Shown: positions 50,687-59,884, counted from the first letter of the stretch. The stretch is DNA of 64,000 bases from an uncultured Gammaproteobacteria bacterium (GCA_964566425.1 CAZMIL010000003.1:1203-65202), one strand, 5' to 3'. Program-made: numbers and translations. The notes: generated by a model from the letters alone, not told the origin.

Positions 50687-50821
50687 TTATTTTTCCTAAA
50701 TACTCTAGATGTTAAAGTGCGATGAAAATCTTGGCTGTTCAAGCTAAATAAACAGAGTTAATTTTTCATCACCTGTTTCTTGGCATCTAGGAAAAAGGAA
50801 GCAATCTCCCTTCCTAATACC

Positions 50822-50846
50822 AAAAAACCTTGGGCTCAACCCAAGG
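50822..50846 (-). terminator. Rho-independent terminator of 50911..51588
   Basis: Minus strand: ccttggg-ttgag-cccaagg followed by tttttt. Confidence 0.7.
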
Positions 50847-50910
50847 AATAAGAGGCAGCTCCTGCTAGCAGACAGGGAGTTACCTCTTACTCCCATTGTC
50901 GAGTCCGTGA

Positions 50911-51588
50911 TTATCGTGGACGTTTTTTCAAAAAAACACCAACTCCTAAAGCTCCGAATTCAAGACCGATTAAGACCAATCCAAATTCTGGCCCTGTGGA
51001 AGGGACACTTTTCACCCCAAGAACCTGTTTTTCGATACAAAATTGAGCAGTATCTTGATCAAAAACTTCGCTATTGGAAGCTTGTGCTTTGTTGATTTCA
51101 CAAAAAACACTTTGATCTATAGGCATCTGATCTTGTGGAGTTATTTTCATGGTTAAAAAGTAAGTTTTTTCTTCTTGAGAAGCGAAATTACCAGCATCGA
51201 AGCTAAGTGTGCGAGAATTGGCGTCAAAATTACCAGGACCGGAAACAGGAACCAAAAGGGCAGGGACAAAATCCTTAACCTGCACATTAGTTAAAGCCAC
51301 ATCAGAAGTATTTTTAACCTTTAATTTAAAAACGATCTGTTGATCCGGAGCAAAACGAACATCAGAAGAAGAAAGGTTGTCGACAAAATTTAGTTGATCA
51401 ACATTATTATTTTTGGCTTGATTAGGGACGCTGATCATTTTATCTATCATAATAGATTTAGAAGGAACAGGGGCTCCATATTGTCCATATTCGCCGTACT
51501 GCCCATGAACTTTTGGAGTTATAAAAAGAAGTAGGGCTGCTGCTACAACCCCGACAAAAAAAGTATTACTCGTCCGCCCCCTTTTCAT
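50911..51588 (-). CDS. Secreted DUF11-like repeat protein with an LPXTG-type sorting signal (VPSTG + TM + KKRPR)
   Basis: Signal peptide. KLKVKNTSDVALTNVQVKDFVP. C-terminus SVPSTGPEFGLVLIGLEFGALGVGVFLKKRPR. Confidence 0.65.
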   Translation of the reverse strand: MKRGRTSNTFFVGVVAAALLLFITPKVHGQYGEYGQYGAPVPSKSIMIDKMISVPNQAKNNNVDQLNFVDNLSSSDVRFAPDQQIVFKLKVKNTSDVALTNVQVKDFVPALLVPVSGPGNFDANSRTLSFDAGNFASQEEKTYFLTMKITPQDQMPIDQSVFCEINKAQASNSEVFDQDTAQFCIEKQVLGVKSVPSTGPEFGLVLIGLEFGALGVGVFLKKRPR

Positions 51589-51673
51589 ATTGAGAGATAA
51601 GTATACTACAGGAATAAATAATAGTCAACTATAGGACAAATTTTGAAATTTTTATAGGAAAATTAATAACTGG

Positions 51674-51679
51674 TATAAT
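51674..51679 (+). promoter_or_regulatory. -10 box TATAAT, 6 nt before ATG 51686 (leaderless-type)
   Basis: The sequence reads tggtataat-ttttat-ATG. Confidence 0.45.
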
Positions 51680-51685
51680 TTTTAT

Positions 51686-52216
51686 ATGAAATTGGGAGCA
51701 AGGGAACTTAGAGAAGTGGAGGGGAAGGATGCGCAGCAGAGGCTAAAAAAGCTCAAGCGCCGCCCGCTTTATCTAATTTTGGAGAACATATATGATACGT
51801 ATAATGTGGGGGGACTTTACCGGCTTGCCGACGCTTTAGCCGTGGAAAAGCTATATTTGTGCGGAGAGATGGAAACCCCTCCCAATTCGCGTATCGCTAA
51901 AGCTTCGATAGGCACATATAAGATCGTGCTCTGGGAGTATAAAAAAAGCGCCAAAGAGGCAATAGAAGGACTAAAGGCAAAAGGAGTGCAAATAATAGGG
52001 ATTGAGCAAGATAAGCGCGCTATAGCTTACACAGAAGCAAAATATAGCCTTCCTCTAGCCTTCGTGGTTGGCAACGAGACCGCAGGCGTTACACCCGCAA
52101 CTCTTAACCTCTGCGATCAGATTGTCGAGATTCCGATGTGGGGGATTAATAAGTCCTTGAACGTTATCGTTTCGGCCGCAATCGTTAGCTATTGGGCTGT
52201 TGCTAAGCAAGAATAA
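51686..52216 (+). CDS. SpoU/TrmH-family RNA 2'-O-methyltransferase
   Basis: LILENIYDTYNVGGLYRLADA, VVGNETAGV and IPMWGINKSLNVIVSAAI. Confidence 0.8.
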   Translation: MKLGARELREVEGKDAQQRLKKLKRRPLYLILENIYDTYNVGGLYRLADALAVEKLYLCGEMETPPNSRIAKASIGTYKIVLWEYKKSAKEAIEGLKAKGVQIIGIEQDKRAIAYTEAKYSLPLAFVVGNETAGVTPATLNLCDQIVEIPMWGINKSLNVIVSAAIVSYWAVAKQE

Positions 52217-52225
52217 GCAGTTTTT

Positions 52226-52939
52226 TTAGCGCATTTTTACTTCACCAATTGGGAATTGTCTGTTGTTTTTGGTAAAGTAAAGCGTCCCGTTTTCTGCTTT
52301 GCCTGAAACTACCACGGCTTCTAAGCCTTGGGGCGTAACAGCAGAACGAGTGAAACTACTATTGGAAATATAGCCATATCCTTCCAAACCAAACTGTTGT
52401 AGATTAACGGCGAACCAAGTATTGCTCAAAGGTTCATTAGGTTCAACAGGCGCGCCGCGAACAATGGCTGCATTTTTAATTTCCAGCATTTTTCCGGGGG
52501 GAATTTCGACCGCGATTCCGCCCGTCTCACCTTCGGCAGAATCGGGGAGAGTCCTTGCATAGTAGCGAATTTTGAGCGTAGGACTATCTTGAGGGACAGC
52601 AATTGTTAAGTCTTCGACCTGAACTTGATTTCCGACCGTAAATTGACTCTCGACTTCTTTTTTGAAGCTGTCTAAACTCTTAATCCCACGGAAGGAATAA
52701 GTTTTGACTTCGTTGGTGCCGAGCCAATTTTGGACCTCTTGTTTAACAAAATTAGCCCCGGTTTCAAATGGTTTAACAGCTTCACCGGTAACTGCTCCAG
52801 CAGTGACCAAAGCTAGAGGAACAGTCATTCTACGCACTAATTTTTGTCGGCGGGTCAACTTGGATTTAGCTTTGTAGGCTGGCACAGGTTTATTCTCTCT
52901 TGGTTGTGAGGGATAAATTGAGTCTCTTTTTTCTGTCAT
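52226..52939 (-). CDS. Hypothetical membrane-anchored protein
   Basis: 237-aa ORF with a basic N-terminus and one TM. Confidence 0.55.
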   Translation of the reverse strand: MTEKRDSIYPSQPRENKPVPAYKAKSKLTRRQKLVRRMTVPLALVTAGAVTGEAVKPFETGANFVKQEVQNWLGTNEVKTYSFRGIKSLDSFKKEVESQFTVGNQVQVEDLTIAVPQDSPTLKIRYYARTLPDSAEGETGGIAVEIPPGKMLEIKNAAIVRGAPVEPNEPLSNTWFAVNLQQFGLEGYGYISNSSFTRSAVTPQGLEAVVVSGKAENGTLYFTKNNRQFPIGEVKMR

Positions 52940-52952
52940 AATTTCAATCTAA

Positions 52953-52976
52953 ACTATAAGCTGATATTTTGTCAAG
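52953..52976 (-). promoter_or_regulatory. Conserved 24-mer promoter element, copy A (contains TTGACA and TATAGT)
   Basis: actataagctgatattttgtcaag is identical to 53188-53211. The ATG follows 13 nt after TATAGT. Confidence 0.45.
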
Positions 52977-52982
52977 AGCAAT

Positions 52983-53174
52983 TTATTTAGCGCTACTTTT
53001 ATTGGTTTCGTAGTCAAAAAGTCTAGTAACTTTTTTGACGGTAACGTTAGTGTCTTTGGGAGTCTCATTTCTGTTATGAGTAGGTTCATTTTTTGTAATT
53101 ATTGGACTTTTTACTATTCGGGCCAAAGCATCTAGTGTTTCTCGCCTGACCATAGCGCCCATTTTTCTTTCCAT
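52983..53174 (-). CDS. Hypothetical small protein
   Basis: 63-aa ORF behind its own copy of the 24-mer. Confidence 0.45.
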   Translation of the reverse strand: MERKMGAMVRRETLDALARIVKSPIITKNEPTHNRNETPKDTNVTVKKVTRLFDYETNKSSAK

Positions 53175-53187
53175 ACTTTTAGTCTAT

Positions 53188-53211
53188 ACTATAAGCTGAT
53201 ATTTTGTCAAG
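53188..53211 (-). promoter_or_regulatory. Conserved 24-mer promoter element, copy B
   Basis: Identical to 52953-52976. Confidence 0.45.
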
Positions 53212-53258
53212 GGGAAAATTTGCTTTATGAAAGAAATAATTATAGAATAGATGGCTCT

Positions 53259-53999
53259 ATGGCTGAAAAACAGAGATACTTTCCGGAACATCGGCATATT
53301 CTGATTGAGAATAGGTGGCCAGACTTTCAAAATCTACTCTTTAACTATGGTTGGAGTGCTATAAATGTTCAGAGGGTCAAAGAAGGATATTCGATTGCTC
53401 AAAGCGCTTTTTATGGCCAATTAAGAAAATCCGGTCAAGATTGGATGTTCAATCATGGAGAGAAAATATCCAAAAATTTGGTTGTCGAATGGGGATACAA
53501 GGACCCCGTGGCGGTGATCTCAGCCCTTAATCACGATACGGTTGAGGACACTTTTGTTTTTGAACCGCCAAGAAACGAGTTTATGGAGGAGATTTCTGAT
53601 GAAACAAACACTCCGCACCTCTGGCCGACCAATTCCCAAAAAAGGGAATTTGCGAAAGCAAGGATGAGAAAACTTTTCGATAAGGACACGGCAAGGATTG
53701 TTTTAGTTTTAACCCGCCCGTTTATAGATCAAGTAGAGGTTTGGAGTTATGAACAAGCGCAGACGATGTATGTTAGGCAGATAGCGGAAGCCAAAGATAT
53801 GAGGGCTTTGGTGATCAAACTCGAGGATAATATTAATAATCTTGAGGAACCTTTCGACCAGGAAGCACACAAACTCAAAAAACAGCAGATCAAGCGAGAT
53901 TTTTTACCGATTTACAAAAGGTTGTTGACAGATAGATACAAACTGGAAGTAGCGCAAAGAAGGCTATTGAGACTGAATGAATTGTTAAAGGAGGACTAA
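53259..53999 (+). CDS. Stand-alone RelA/SpoT-type HD-domain protein (putative (p)ppGpp hydrolase / small alarmone hydrolase)
   Basis: AFYGQLRKSGQDWMFNHGEKI...ISALNHDTVEDT...LVIKLEDNINNL parallels the SpoT hydrolase motifs (GQ.RKSGEPY..H, LLHD..EDT, IKLADRLHNM). ATG 53259 is preferred over TTG 53220. Confidence 0.65.
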   Translation: MAEKQRYFPEHRHILIENRWPDFQNLLFNYGWSAINVQRVKEGYSIAQSAFYGQLRKSGQDWMFNHGEKISKNLVVEWGYKDPVAVISALNHDTVEDTFVFEPPRNEFMEEISDETNTPHLWPTNSQKREFAKARMRKLFDKDTARIVLVLTRPFIDQVEVWSYEQAQTMYVRQIAEAKDMRALVIKLEDNINNLEEPFDQEAHKLKKQQIKRDFLPIYKRLLTDRYKLEVAQRRLLRLNELLKED

Positions 54000-54033
54000 A
54001 GGGGGGTTAGAGCCGGCTTTGCAATTTTTCTTC

Positions 54034-54432
54034 TCAGACGGGTTTTAATATAAGAGTTTCTCTGCCGCGCTCGTTTTCGATATATAAAAGTGGATAACCT
54101 TGCTCATATATACGTAGATTTTCATCGTCTTCATCCGCGATCACTTCCCCGTTTCTAGCGATTATGGCTGCTTCGATCATGCTCGGATCAAAAACGTAGG
54201 TTCTTTTTTCCCACTTTGATCGAGGATCGGTGAATTTTTCAGGATTTCTAACCCGCCCAGTTACCAAAATATATCCTTGTTTGTTGACCAATCTCTGTAC
54301 TTGACCAGGATCTTGGTCCATCAGGGAATTAGCAATATTAACGTAGCCGTTTCTTTCCAGTTGGATTCTGAAAATATTGCTAAAGAATAGGCGATCCTTA
54401 ATTACTGGCTTTGGGGGTTCGAATTCTATCAT
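54034..54432 (-). CDS. Hypothetical protein
   Basis: 132-aa ORF with its own TTGACA-N16-TATAAT promoter. Confidence 0.55.
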   Translation of the reverse strand: MIEFEPPKPVIKDRLFFSNIFRIQLERNGYVNIANSLMDQDPGQVQRLVNKQGYILVTGRVRNPEKFTDPRSKWEKRTYVFDPSMIEAAIIARNGEVIADEDDENLRIYEQGYPLLYIENERGRETLILKPV

Positions 54433-54443
54433 AGGAAACCCAC

Positions 54444-54471
54444 ATTATAATACTCTCAACTATAGTGTCAA
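54444..54471 (-). promoter_or_regulatory. Promoter TTGACA-N16-TATAAT
   Basis: Minus strand: TTGACA (54471-54466) and TATAAT (54449-54444). Confidence 0.55.
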
Positions 54472-54507
54472 GTAAGAAATTGGTAAGAGGTGAGTAAGAA
54501 ATAGGTC

Positions 54508-54534
54508 TTGACAACAAGATAATTCTGTTATAAT
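54508..54534 (+). promoter_or_regulatory. Promoter TTGACA-N15-(TGt)TATAAT
   Basis: TTGACA at 54508-54513 and an extended -10 at 54526-54534. Confidence 0.5.
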
Positions 54535-54556
54535 CTGATTTTTGGTTAAGTAGTTT

Positions 54557-55294
54557 ATGTATAGATTGGAGAGCGGTCCCAGATCAACTCCCGTTTTAGA
54601 CAGGCCACCTCAAGCAAAGGCCTTTATTGAAGGTTCAATTCATCAACCATCATTAATTGGTAGTTTTCCGCATTTAGACGCTTGGTTGGAGGTTGTTGGT
54701 CGCGCGGAAACCTCTGTTCCTCTGCGTAAAGGTTTTGCTTTAGTTGCGGAAGACGTTTATCGTAAACTCGAGTCTGAAGCGACCAAACAAATCGCAGGCT
54801 TTGTAGCTTATTCTTGCTCGATTATTATTGATAAACTGGGTGCTCCTGATAACGGTTTTAGTTTATCTTTTATTGAGAGAATGCGTGATTTTATCGATAC
54901 TGCGCAAGGTGGCTTAGTGCCGCAAGACCAAATGACCCGTAAAGATGCAGAAGTCTTCATTAATGAGGCTTTAAACTTCATTTCAGATCTTCCCAATGCT
55001 AAAGACGATCTTTTGGAGATCAGGAAAAAAGTAATCGAGTTTATGTTCGGATTCTATCATGAATTAAATAGAGACAATAATTTGACTATTCAAGGCGGGA
55101 TGGCTCTGTTTGGTTTGGCCCTTTCCAAAAGAACTTTCACCGATCATAAAGAGGTTCGGGCAAAATTGATTGAGACTGCCAAAAAAGATCCTACGGCTTG
55201 GAAAATTTACAGGGCTTTTGAAAGGGATCTTTTTGGTGGCAAAGCCTACGAACCTGAAGATAATAATCTCGACTTCTCCGGAACTTATATTTAA
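54557..55294 (+). CDS. Hypothetical protein
   Basis: 245-aa ORF. No family recognised. Confidence 0.55.
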   Translation: MYRLESGPRSTPVLDRPPQAKAFIEGSIHQPSLIGSFPHLDAWLEVVGRAETSVPLRKGFALVAEDVYRKLESEATKQIAGFVAYSCSIIIDKLGAPDNGFSLSFIERMRDFIDTAQGGLVPQDQMTRKDAEVFINEALNFISDLPNAKDDLLEIRKKVIEFMFGFYHELNRDNNLTIQGGMALFGLALSKRTFTDHKEVRAKLIETAKKDPTAWKIYRAFERDLFGGKAYEPEDNNLDFSGTYI

Positions 55295-55845
55295 CTATAA
55301 ACAAAAAGTTTATTTTTTCCTGAAAATATTTTGGCGGGTTTTCTGTGGGGGAGGGGATAAAAGTAGGAGATTAATCTAAACGATTTCAGGTCTTTTTTGA
55401 GCTTCTTATATATTTTCTCTAAAAACCATGGTGAGATATAGAGAAAGATGATAATATCATTTTGGTTTATCCAGGATCCGGTAAAGCTGGATAGTTGTTT
55501 TAGATCGAATTTAAACATGTCGGCATAAAGGATTTTGATCCTCCTTCGATTTGGGTGGAATAAGCGTTTGAGGTTGAGAATTAAGACCAAAACGGGATTG
55601 ATCTCGACTGCGAAGAATTGTGTATTCAGCTTTTGTTGATGAGCATAGGAGGCGGCCGCAAAAATGACTTTCCCATCACCAGCTCCCAGATCCACAATTT
55701 TTTGGTTATTTTTTAGTTTTAAGGCTTTGAGAATAAGCGGGAGATCGTGCTTATTGGTGGGGAAATAGGGGATTGGCGAGAGTCTTCGGGAGATAAAAAA
55801 GAGAGAAAGCAGGCAAAGGATGAGGATTATTATGAGGATAATCAT
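55291..55845 (-). CDS. Class I SAM-dependent methyltransferase with an N-terminal TM
   Basis: KIVDLGAGDGKVIFAAA (motif I). Confidence 0.65.
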   Translation of the reverse strand: MIILIIILILCLLSLFFISRRLSPIPYFPTNKHDLPLILKALKLKNNQKIVDLGAGDGKVIFAAASYAHQQKLNTQFFAVEINPVLVLILNLKRLFHPNRRRIKILYADMFKFDLKQLSSFTGSWINQNDIIIFLYISPWFLEKIYKKLKKDLKSFRLISYFYPLPHRKPAKIFSGKNKLFVYS

Positions 55846-55867
55846 TGGTATAATAATAGCACCAAAA

Positions 55868-55954
55868 GGGCGGGTGGCGGAACCGGCAGACGCGTAGGTC
55901 TCAAAAACCTATGGTGGCAACACCGTGAGGGTTCGACTCCCTCCTCGCCCACCA
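55868..55954 (+). tRNA. tRNA-Leu (anticodon CAA), CCA encoded
   Basis: gggcggg-tg-gcggaaccggcagacgc-g-taggt-ctCAAaa-accta-[variable arm]-gaggg-ttcgact-ccctc-ctcgccc-a-cca. Confidence 0.9.
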
Positions 55955-56050
55955 ATCACTTGACACGCAATTTTTGAAAATAAGGAGTCCCCCTAGCACT
56001 CGCGCGGTTCCCATTTTCCCAAAATTAGCGTAATTGCTCATTACTTTGTG

Positions 56051-56079
56051 TTGAAAATTTAACGCTCCGGTGTTATCAT
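56051..56079 (+). promoter_or_regulatory. Promoter TTGAAA-N17-TATCAT (TGt-extended), 6 nt before ATG 56086
   Basis: TTGAAA at 56051-56056 and TATCAT at 56074-56079. Confidence 0.5.
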
Positions 56080-56085
56080 ACCCTT

Positions 56086-57039
56086 ATGACTCTGCAACAA
56101 ATTTATGATCTGGCCGTTGAAATGGCAATCAAGGCAGATCCGCGCAGTCAGGCAGGAGTCAAAGACTATCTTTCACACCTCAAACAAGACTACACAGAGT
56201 TGCCAGAAAAGAAGAAAAAGCTATTTGATAAAGAGTCGCTGCGCAATCCCTATTCGGATTCGCGGATTCTTTTTGGTGAATCAGAATTGGAAGTTAAGAA
56301 AGTTCTGGCCGGCATTGATGCGGGCACGGCCGAAATATTGCTTGCCGATAGATTAAATCAACAGGGAGCAAAAATTGATTTGTTGATTTCACATCATCCC
56401 AGTGGACACGCCCTTGCAGGTTTACATGAGGTAATGGATATTCAAATAGACATGTTTGCAGAGGCAGGCGTACCGGAAAATGTCGCCCACGCTCTTTTCA
56501 ATGAAAAAAAAGCCATGGTCAAACGACGCTTCAGTCCCTTAAATCATTCACAAGCAGTTGATGCGGCCCGTCTGCTCAATATTCCTTTACTTTCTTTGCA
56601 TACAATTTGGGATAATATTGGTCACCAGTTCATGAAACAGTATGTAGCCAAAAAAACCTACTACAATCTTGGTGAGCTTTTGGAATATATCACTGATATT
56701 CCGGAATTCCAAGAGGCAGCCAAAGGCAAAGCCGCTCCCAGTATCGTTGCCGGCTCACCAAAAAACCGCACTGGGAAAGTTATTGTGGGGTTTACTGGAG
56801 GGACAAATCCTTCTAAAGAACTATATATTGAGTTAGCTAAAGCCGGAGTTGGGACGATCGTCGAAATGCATGTCCCCGAAGAAGTGATTGCAGAACTGCG
56901 TAAATTGCATATCAATATTATCGACGCCGGACATATGGCGGCCGACTCCATTGGTGCAAATCTCTTCCTGGATGAATTGGAGAAAAAAGGCATTAGTGTA
57001 GTTCCTTGTTCAGGACTGATGCGCATCAAGCGCAAATAA
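56086..57039 (+). CDS. NIF3/YbgI-family dinuclear-metal-centre protein
   Basis: DLLISHHP...HTIWDN... with the length and layout typical of NIF3. Confidence 0.65.
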   Translation: MTLQQIYDLAVEMAIKADPRSQAGVKDYLSHLKQDYTELPEKKKKLFDKESLRNPYSDSRILFGESELEVKKVLAGIDAGTAEILLADRLNQQGAKIDLLISHHPSGHALAGLHEVMDIQIDMFAEAGVPENVAHALFNEKKAMVKRRFSPLNHSQAVDAARLLNIPLLSLHTIWDNIGHQFMKQYVAKKTYYNLGELLEYITDIPEFQEAAKGKAAPSIVAGSPKNRTGKVIVGFTGGTNPSKELYIELAKAGVGTIVEMHVPEEVIAELRKLHINIIDAGHMAADSIGANLFLDELEKKGISVVPCSGLMRIKRK

Positions 57040-57054
57040 AGTTTTTACTAGTCG

Positions 57055-57101
57055 TTCTCGACTGCGATCGAGAATCAACAGATCCTCGTTTTCGCGAGGA
57101 T
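57055..57101. repeat. Twin 7-bp hairpins in the intergenic region
   Basis: ttctcga-ctgcga-tcgagaa (57055-57074) and atcctcg-ttttcg-cgaggat (57082-57101). The first uses the same 7-mer as the hairpin at 48339-48357. Confidence 0.5.
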
Positions 57102-57114
57102 AACGGAAACTCCG

Positions 57115-58203
57115 ATGAAAGCGCAGGATATTATTAAAACTAAAAACATTATTCGCGTGTCGCCGGAAGATACCTTGTCTTCAGTTCTGTCGCAACTATC
57201 TTCATCTCATGATGCGGCTCTTGTCTTTTCTGACGATAAAAAATTTCTTGGGATTATTAATCCTTACCATTCCCTAATAAAATCCTCTTACCCTGGCAAT
57301 GCCAAAGTTGAACATGTTATTTTTCATGCGCCTCGCATAAAATCCAATCAGTCGCTGGAGAAAGTTGCTCAAATGATGGTAGAATCAAAAGTTCATTATC
57401 TACCTGTTTTCGAACAACAAAAAGAAAAATTTTTGGGCATTGTATCAGCTAGACACATTTTGACTCTTACTAAGGATTCACCCGCTTTTAGAAACAGTAT
57501 TGAAGAATTTTTAAGGATCAAAAACAGGCCGGTCGTTACCGTTTTTGAAGATGATTTAGTTTCCTACGCGATCCATTTATTCAGAACCCGCAAGCTCTCA
57601 AAACTGATTGTTGTTAACAAAGACATGAAGTTACGCGGAGTACTAGCTCATTATGACCTGATTCAATTTTTAGTTGCGCCAAAGAAAAAAGGTCACTGGG
57701 GAGATCGCAAAGGCGATCGAATCAGCCTCCAACACAGCTTAGTTCGTAATTTTACCAAAACCTTAGTCCTCACTCTTTCCTCCATTCATACACTGAGAGA
57801 CGCTTTGCAGTTGGTTTTGGACAAAGAAATCGGTAGTGTAATCATTGTTGATGAACAAAGACACCCCATTGGAATAATTACTACACGTGATTTTCTTGGA
57901 CAATTAACGAAGAAATCTCAAGCTCAGAAGTTTGAAATTGTCGCCAAAAATCTATCTGTCGAAAGCCGCCGGATCTTCGGCGGTTTTTTTAACAGCGTAG
58001 TTTCTTTGAGCAAGAAGATTCCCGATTTGGCTAAAGTCAGATTGTTTATTCGGGAGGAGAAAAAAGGGGGAGTATTTGAGCACGTAATGGCCTTAATCCC
58101 CAGAAAAGGCACCCCCAAGATAATCAGGCAGCAGGGAAAAAACTTGGTACGCATGTTGTCAGAATCGCGGGCGGCATTAATTAATATGCTTAAAAAGAAA
58201 TAG
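57115..58203 (+). CDS. CBS-domain protein (two CBS pairs) with a C-terminal extension
   Basis: 362 aa with repeated ...HYLPV..../GIIT.RD patterns. Confidence 0.7.
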   Translation: MKAQDIIKTKNIIRVSPEDTLSSVLSQLSSSHDAALVFSDDKKFLGIINPYHSLIKSSYPGNAKVEHVIFHAPRIKSNQSLEKVAQMMVESKVHYLPVFEQQKEKFLGIVSARHILTLTKDSPAFRNSIEEFLRIKNRPVVTVFEDDLVSYAIHLFRTRKLSKLIVVNKDMKLRGVLAHYDLIQFLVAPKKKGHWGDRKGDRISLQHSLVRNFTKTLVLTLSSIHTLRDALQLVLDKEIGSVIIVDEQRHPIGIITTRDFLGQLTKKSQAQKFEIVAKNLSVESRRIFGGFFNSVVSLSKKIPDLAKVRLFIREEKKGGVFEHVMALIPRKGTPKIIRQQGKNLVRMLSESRAALINMLKKK

Positions 58204-58204
58204 G

Positions 58205-58783
58205 CTAACTAGCGATCTCTTCGATGAAAGTGATTGCGCTCCTTAAATTTGAAAATTTATATTTGTAGTTCACTCCTTTATCCAGAGCATTATTAATCCA
58301 AAAAACTTTGGTTTTTGAAAGGCGGTCGTTGTTTAAGAGTTGAATAATATCCCAATTGTCTTCGACGAAAATGTCGAGTTTAAATTTAGCGATCATTTTT
58401 TTTTTGAAGACAAAGGGTTGTTCCTCTTTGGCGTTATGAATATAAGCTTTGAAATATTTTTTGGCTTCAATTTTTTCCATCCATTTATCAAAATCGGTTT
58501 TTAGGCTATCGTAACGGCCGGTGACAATATAGGCCTCGACTTTTCCTTGTTCAACTAAACGTTGCAGATGGCCTACTCCTGGAGCGATAAATAAACTGGA
58601 TTTGTGGATCAGAAGCCATAAAAATTTTTCCCACTTCGTTTTAGGAATATAAAAAGCGGTTTTTCTCCTGTGCAAAAAAAGTTTGCGGAAAGTAGCAAAG
58701 ACTGGGCGGACTATTCGAGCGGGGTTGTAGAGAATGACGCCGTCGAGGTCAAAGCCCACTTTCAGCGGTTGATTGCTTGCCAT
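58205..58783 (-). CDS. HAD-superfamily-like hydrolase
   Basis: Motif I: KVGFDLDGVI. Confidence 0.5.
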   Translation of the reverse strand: MASNQPLKVGFDLDGVILYNPARIVRPVFATFRKLFLHRRKTAFYIPKTKWEKFLWLLIHKSSLFIAPGVGHLQRLVEQGKVEAYIVTGRYDSLKTDFDKWMEKIEAKKYFKAYIHNAKEEQPFVFKKKMIAKFKLDIFVEDNWDIIQLLNNDRLSKTKVFWINNALDKGVNYKYKFSNLRSAITFIEEIAS

Positions 58784-58824
58784 CTTAAGGTTTAATTATA
58801 ATTTATTATAATGGGAGTTTATAG

Positions 58825-59868
58825 ATGAAAGTTTTAATCACAGGCGGGGCGGGGTTTTTGGGCATGCATCTGGCCAACTTTTTTGCCAAAAAGGGGTGGC
58901 AGATCGTTCTGCTTGATCTTGCTGTCTATGACAAGAATGAGTATCCCAAGAATTGTCTTTTCCTCAAGGGCGATATTCGCGATAAGCAGGCTGTGGCGAA
59001 AGCCATAAAAGGGGTGGATGTAGTCATTCATGCGGCCGCCGCCTTGCCTCTCTGGTCAAAAAAAGATATTTTTGCCGTTAATGTTGAAGGCACAAGAAAC
59101 TTACTGAAAGCATCCTGGGAACAGAACATTAAGCGCTTTATTTATATTTCTTCAACTGCCGTCTACGGGATTCCAAAAAAACACCCTGTGTATGAAGATG
59201 ATCCTTTGCAGGGGGTAGGGCCTTATGGTAAGAGTAAAATTGCCGCCGAAAAACTCTGTGAGGAGTATCGCGGCAAAGAAATGATAGTAACGATTGTTCG
59301 TCCCAAGACTTTTGTCGGGACTCATAGACTGGGAGTATTTGAGATTCTCTTTGATTGGATCAAGGAGGGGAAAAAAATCCCGCTTGTCGGTAGTGGTAAA
59401 AATCGTTATCAACTGCTGGATGTTGATGATCTGGTGGAGGCAACTTATTTATTAACGAATTCTAAAAATAGTGAAAGAGTCAATGCTAATTTTAATATCG
59501 GCGCTGAGAAGTTTAAGACGGTCAAATATGATCTTCAAGAATTGTTTGACTTTGCACATTCCGGGTCGACGATTTTTCCTACTCCGGCATGGTTAGTTAA
59601 AAAAACTTTATTTATTTTGGAAAAATTACATCTTTCACCACTTTATCAATGGGTCTATGAAACGGCCGACAAGGATTCATTTGTGGCAATCAGACGGTTA
59701 ACTAAAACTCTCAACTGGCACCCCAAATACTCTAATTCACAAGCATTAATTAAGGCCTATAAATGGTACCTTGACCATTACGACGAAATAAAAGCTCGAA
59801 CACCCGGAGTGACGCATACTGTAGGGTGGAAACAAGGAATCTTAGGGTTTTTCAAAAAGTTTTTATGA
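58825..59868 (+). CDS. NAD-dependent epimerase/dehydratase (extended SDR)
   Basis: KVLITGGAGFLGMHL, YISSTAVYG and YGKSK. Confidence 0.85.
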   Translation: MKVLITGGAGFLGMHLANFFAKKGWQIVLLDLAVYDKNEYPKNCLFLKGDIRDKQAVAKAIKGVDVVIHAAAALPLWSKKDIFAVNVEGTRNLLKASWEQNIKRFIYISSTAVYGIPKKHPVYEDDPLQGVGPYGKSKIAAEKLCEEYRGKEMIVTIVRPKTFVGTHRLGVFEILFDWIKEGKKIPLVGSGKNRYQLLDVDDLVEATYLLTNSKNSERVNANFNIGAEKFKTVKYDLQELFDFAHSGSTIFPTPAWLVKKTLFILEKLHLSPLYQWVYETADKDSFVAIRRLTKTLNWHPKYSNSQALIKAYKWYLDHYDEIKARTPGVTHTVGWKQGILGFFKKFL

Positions 59869-59884
59869 TTCCGTTTCGAGCGCC

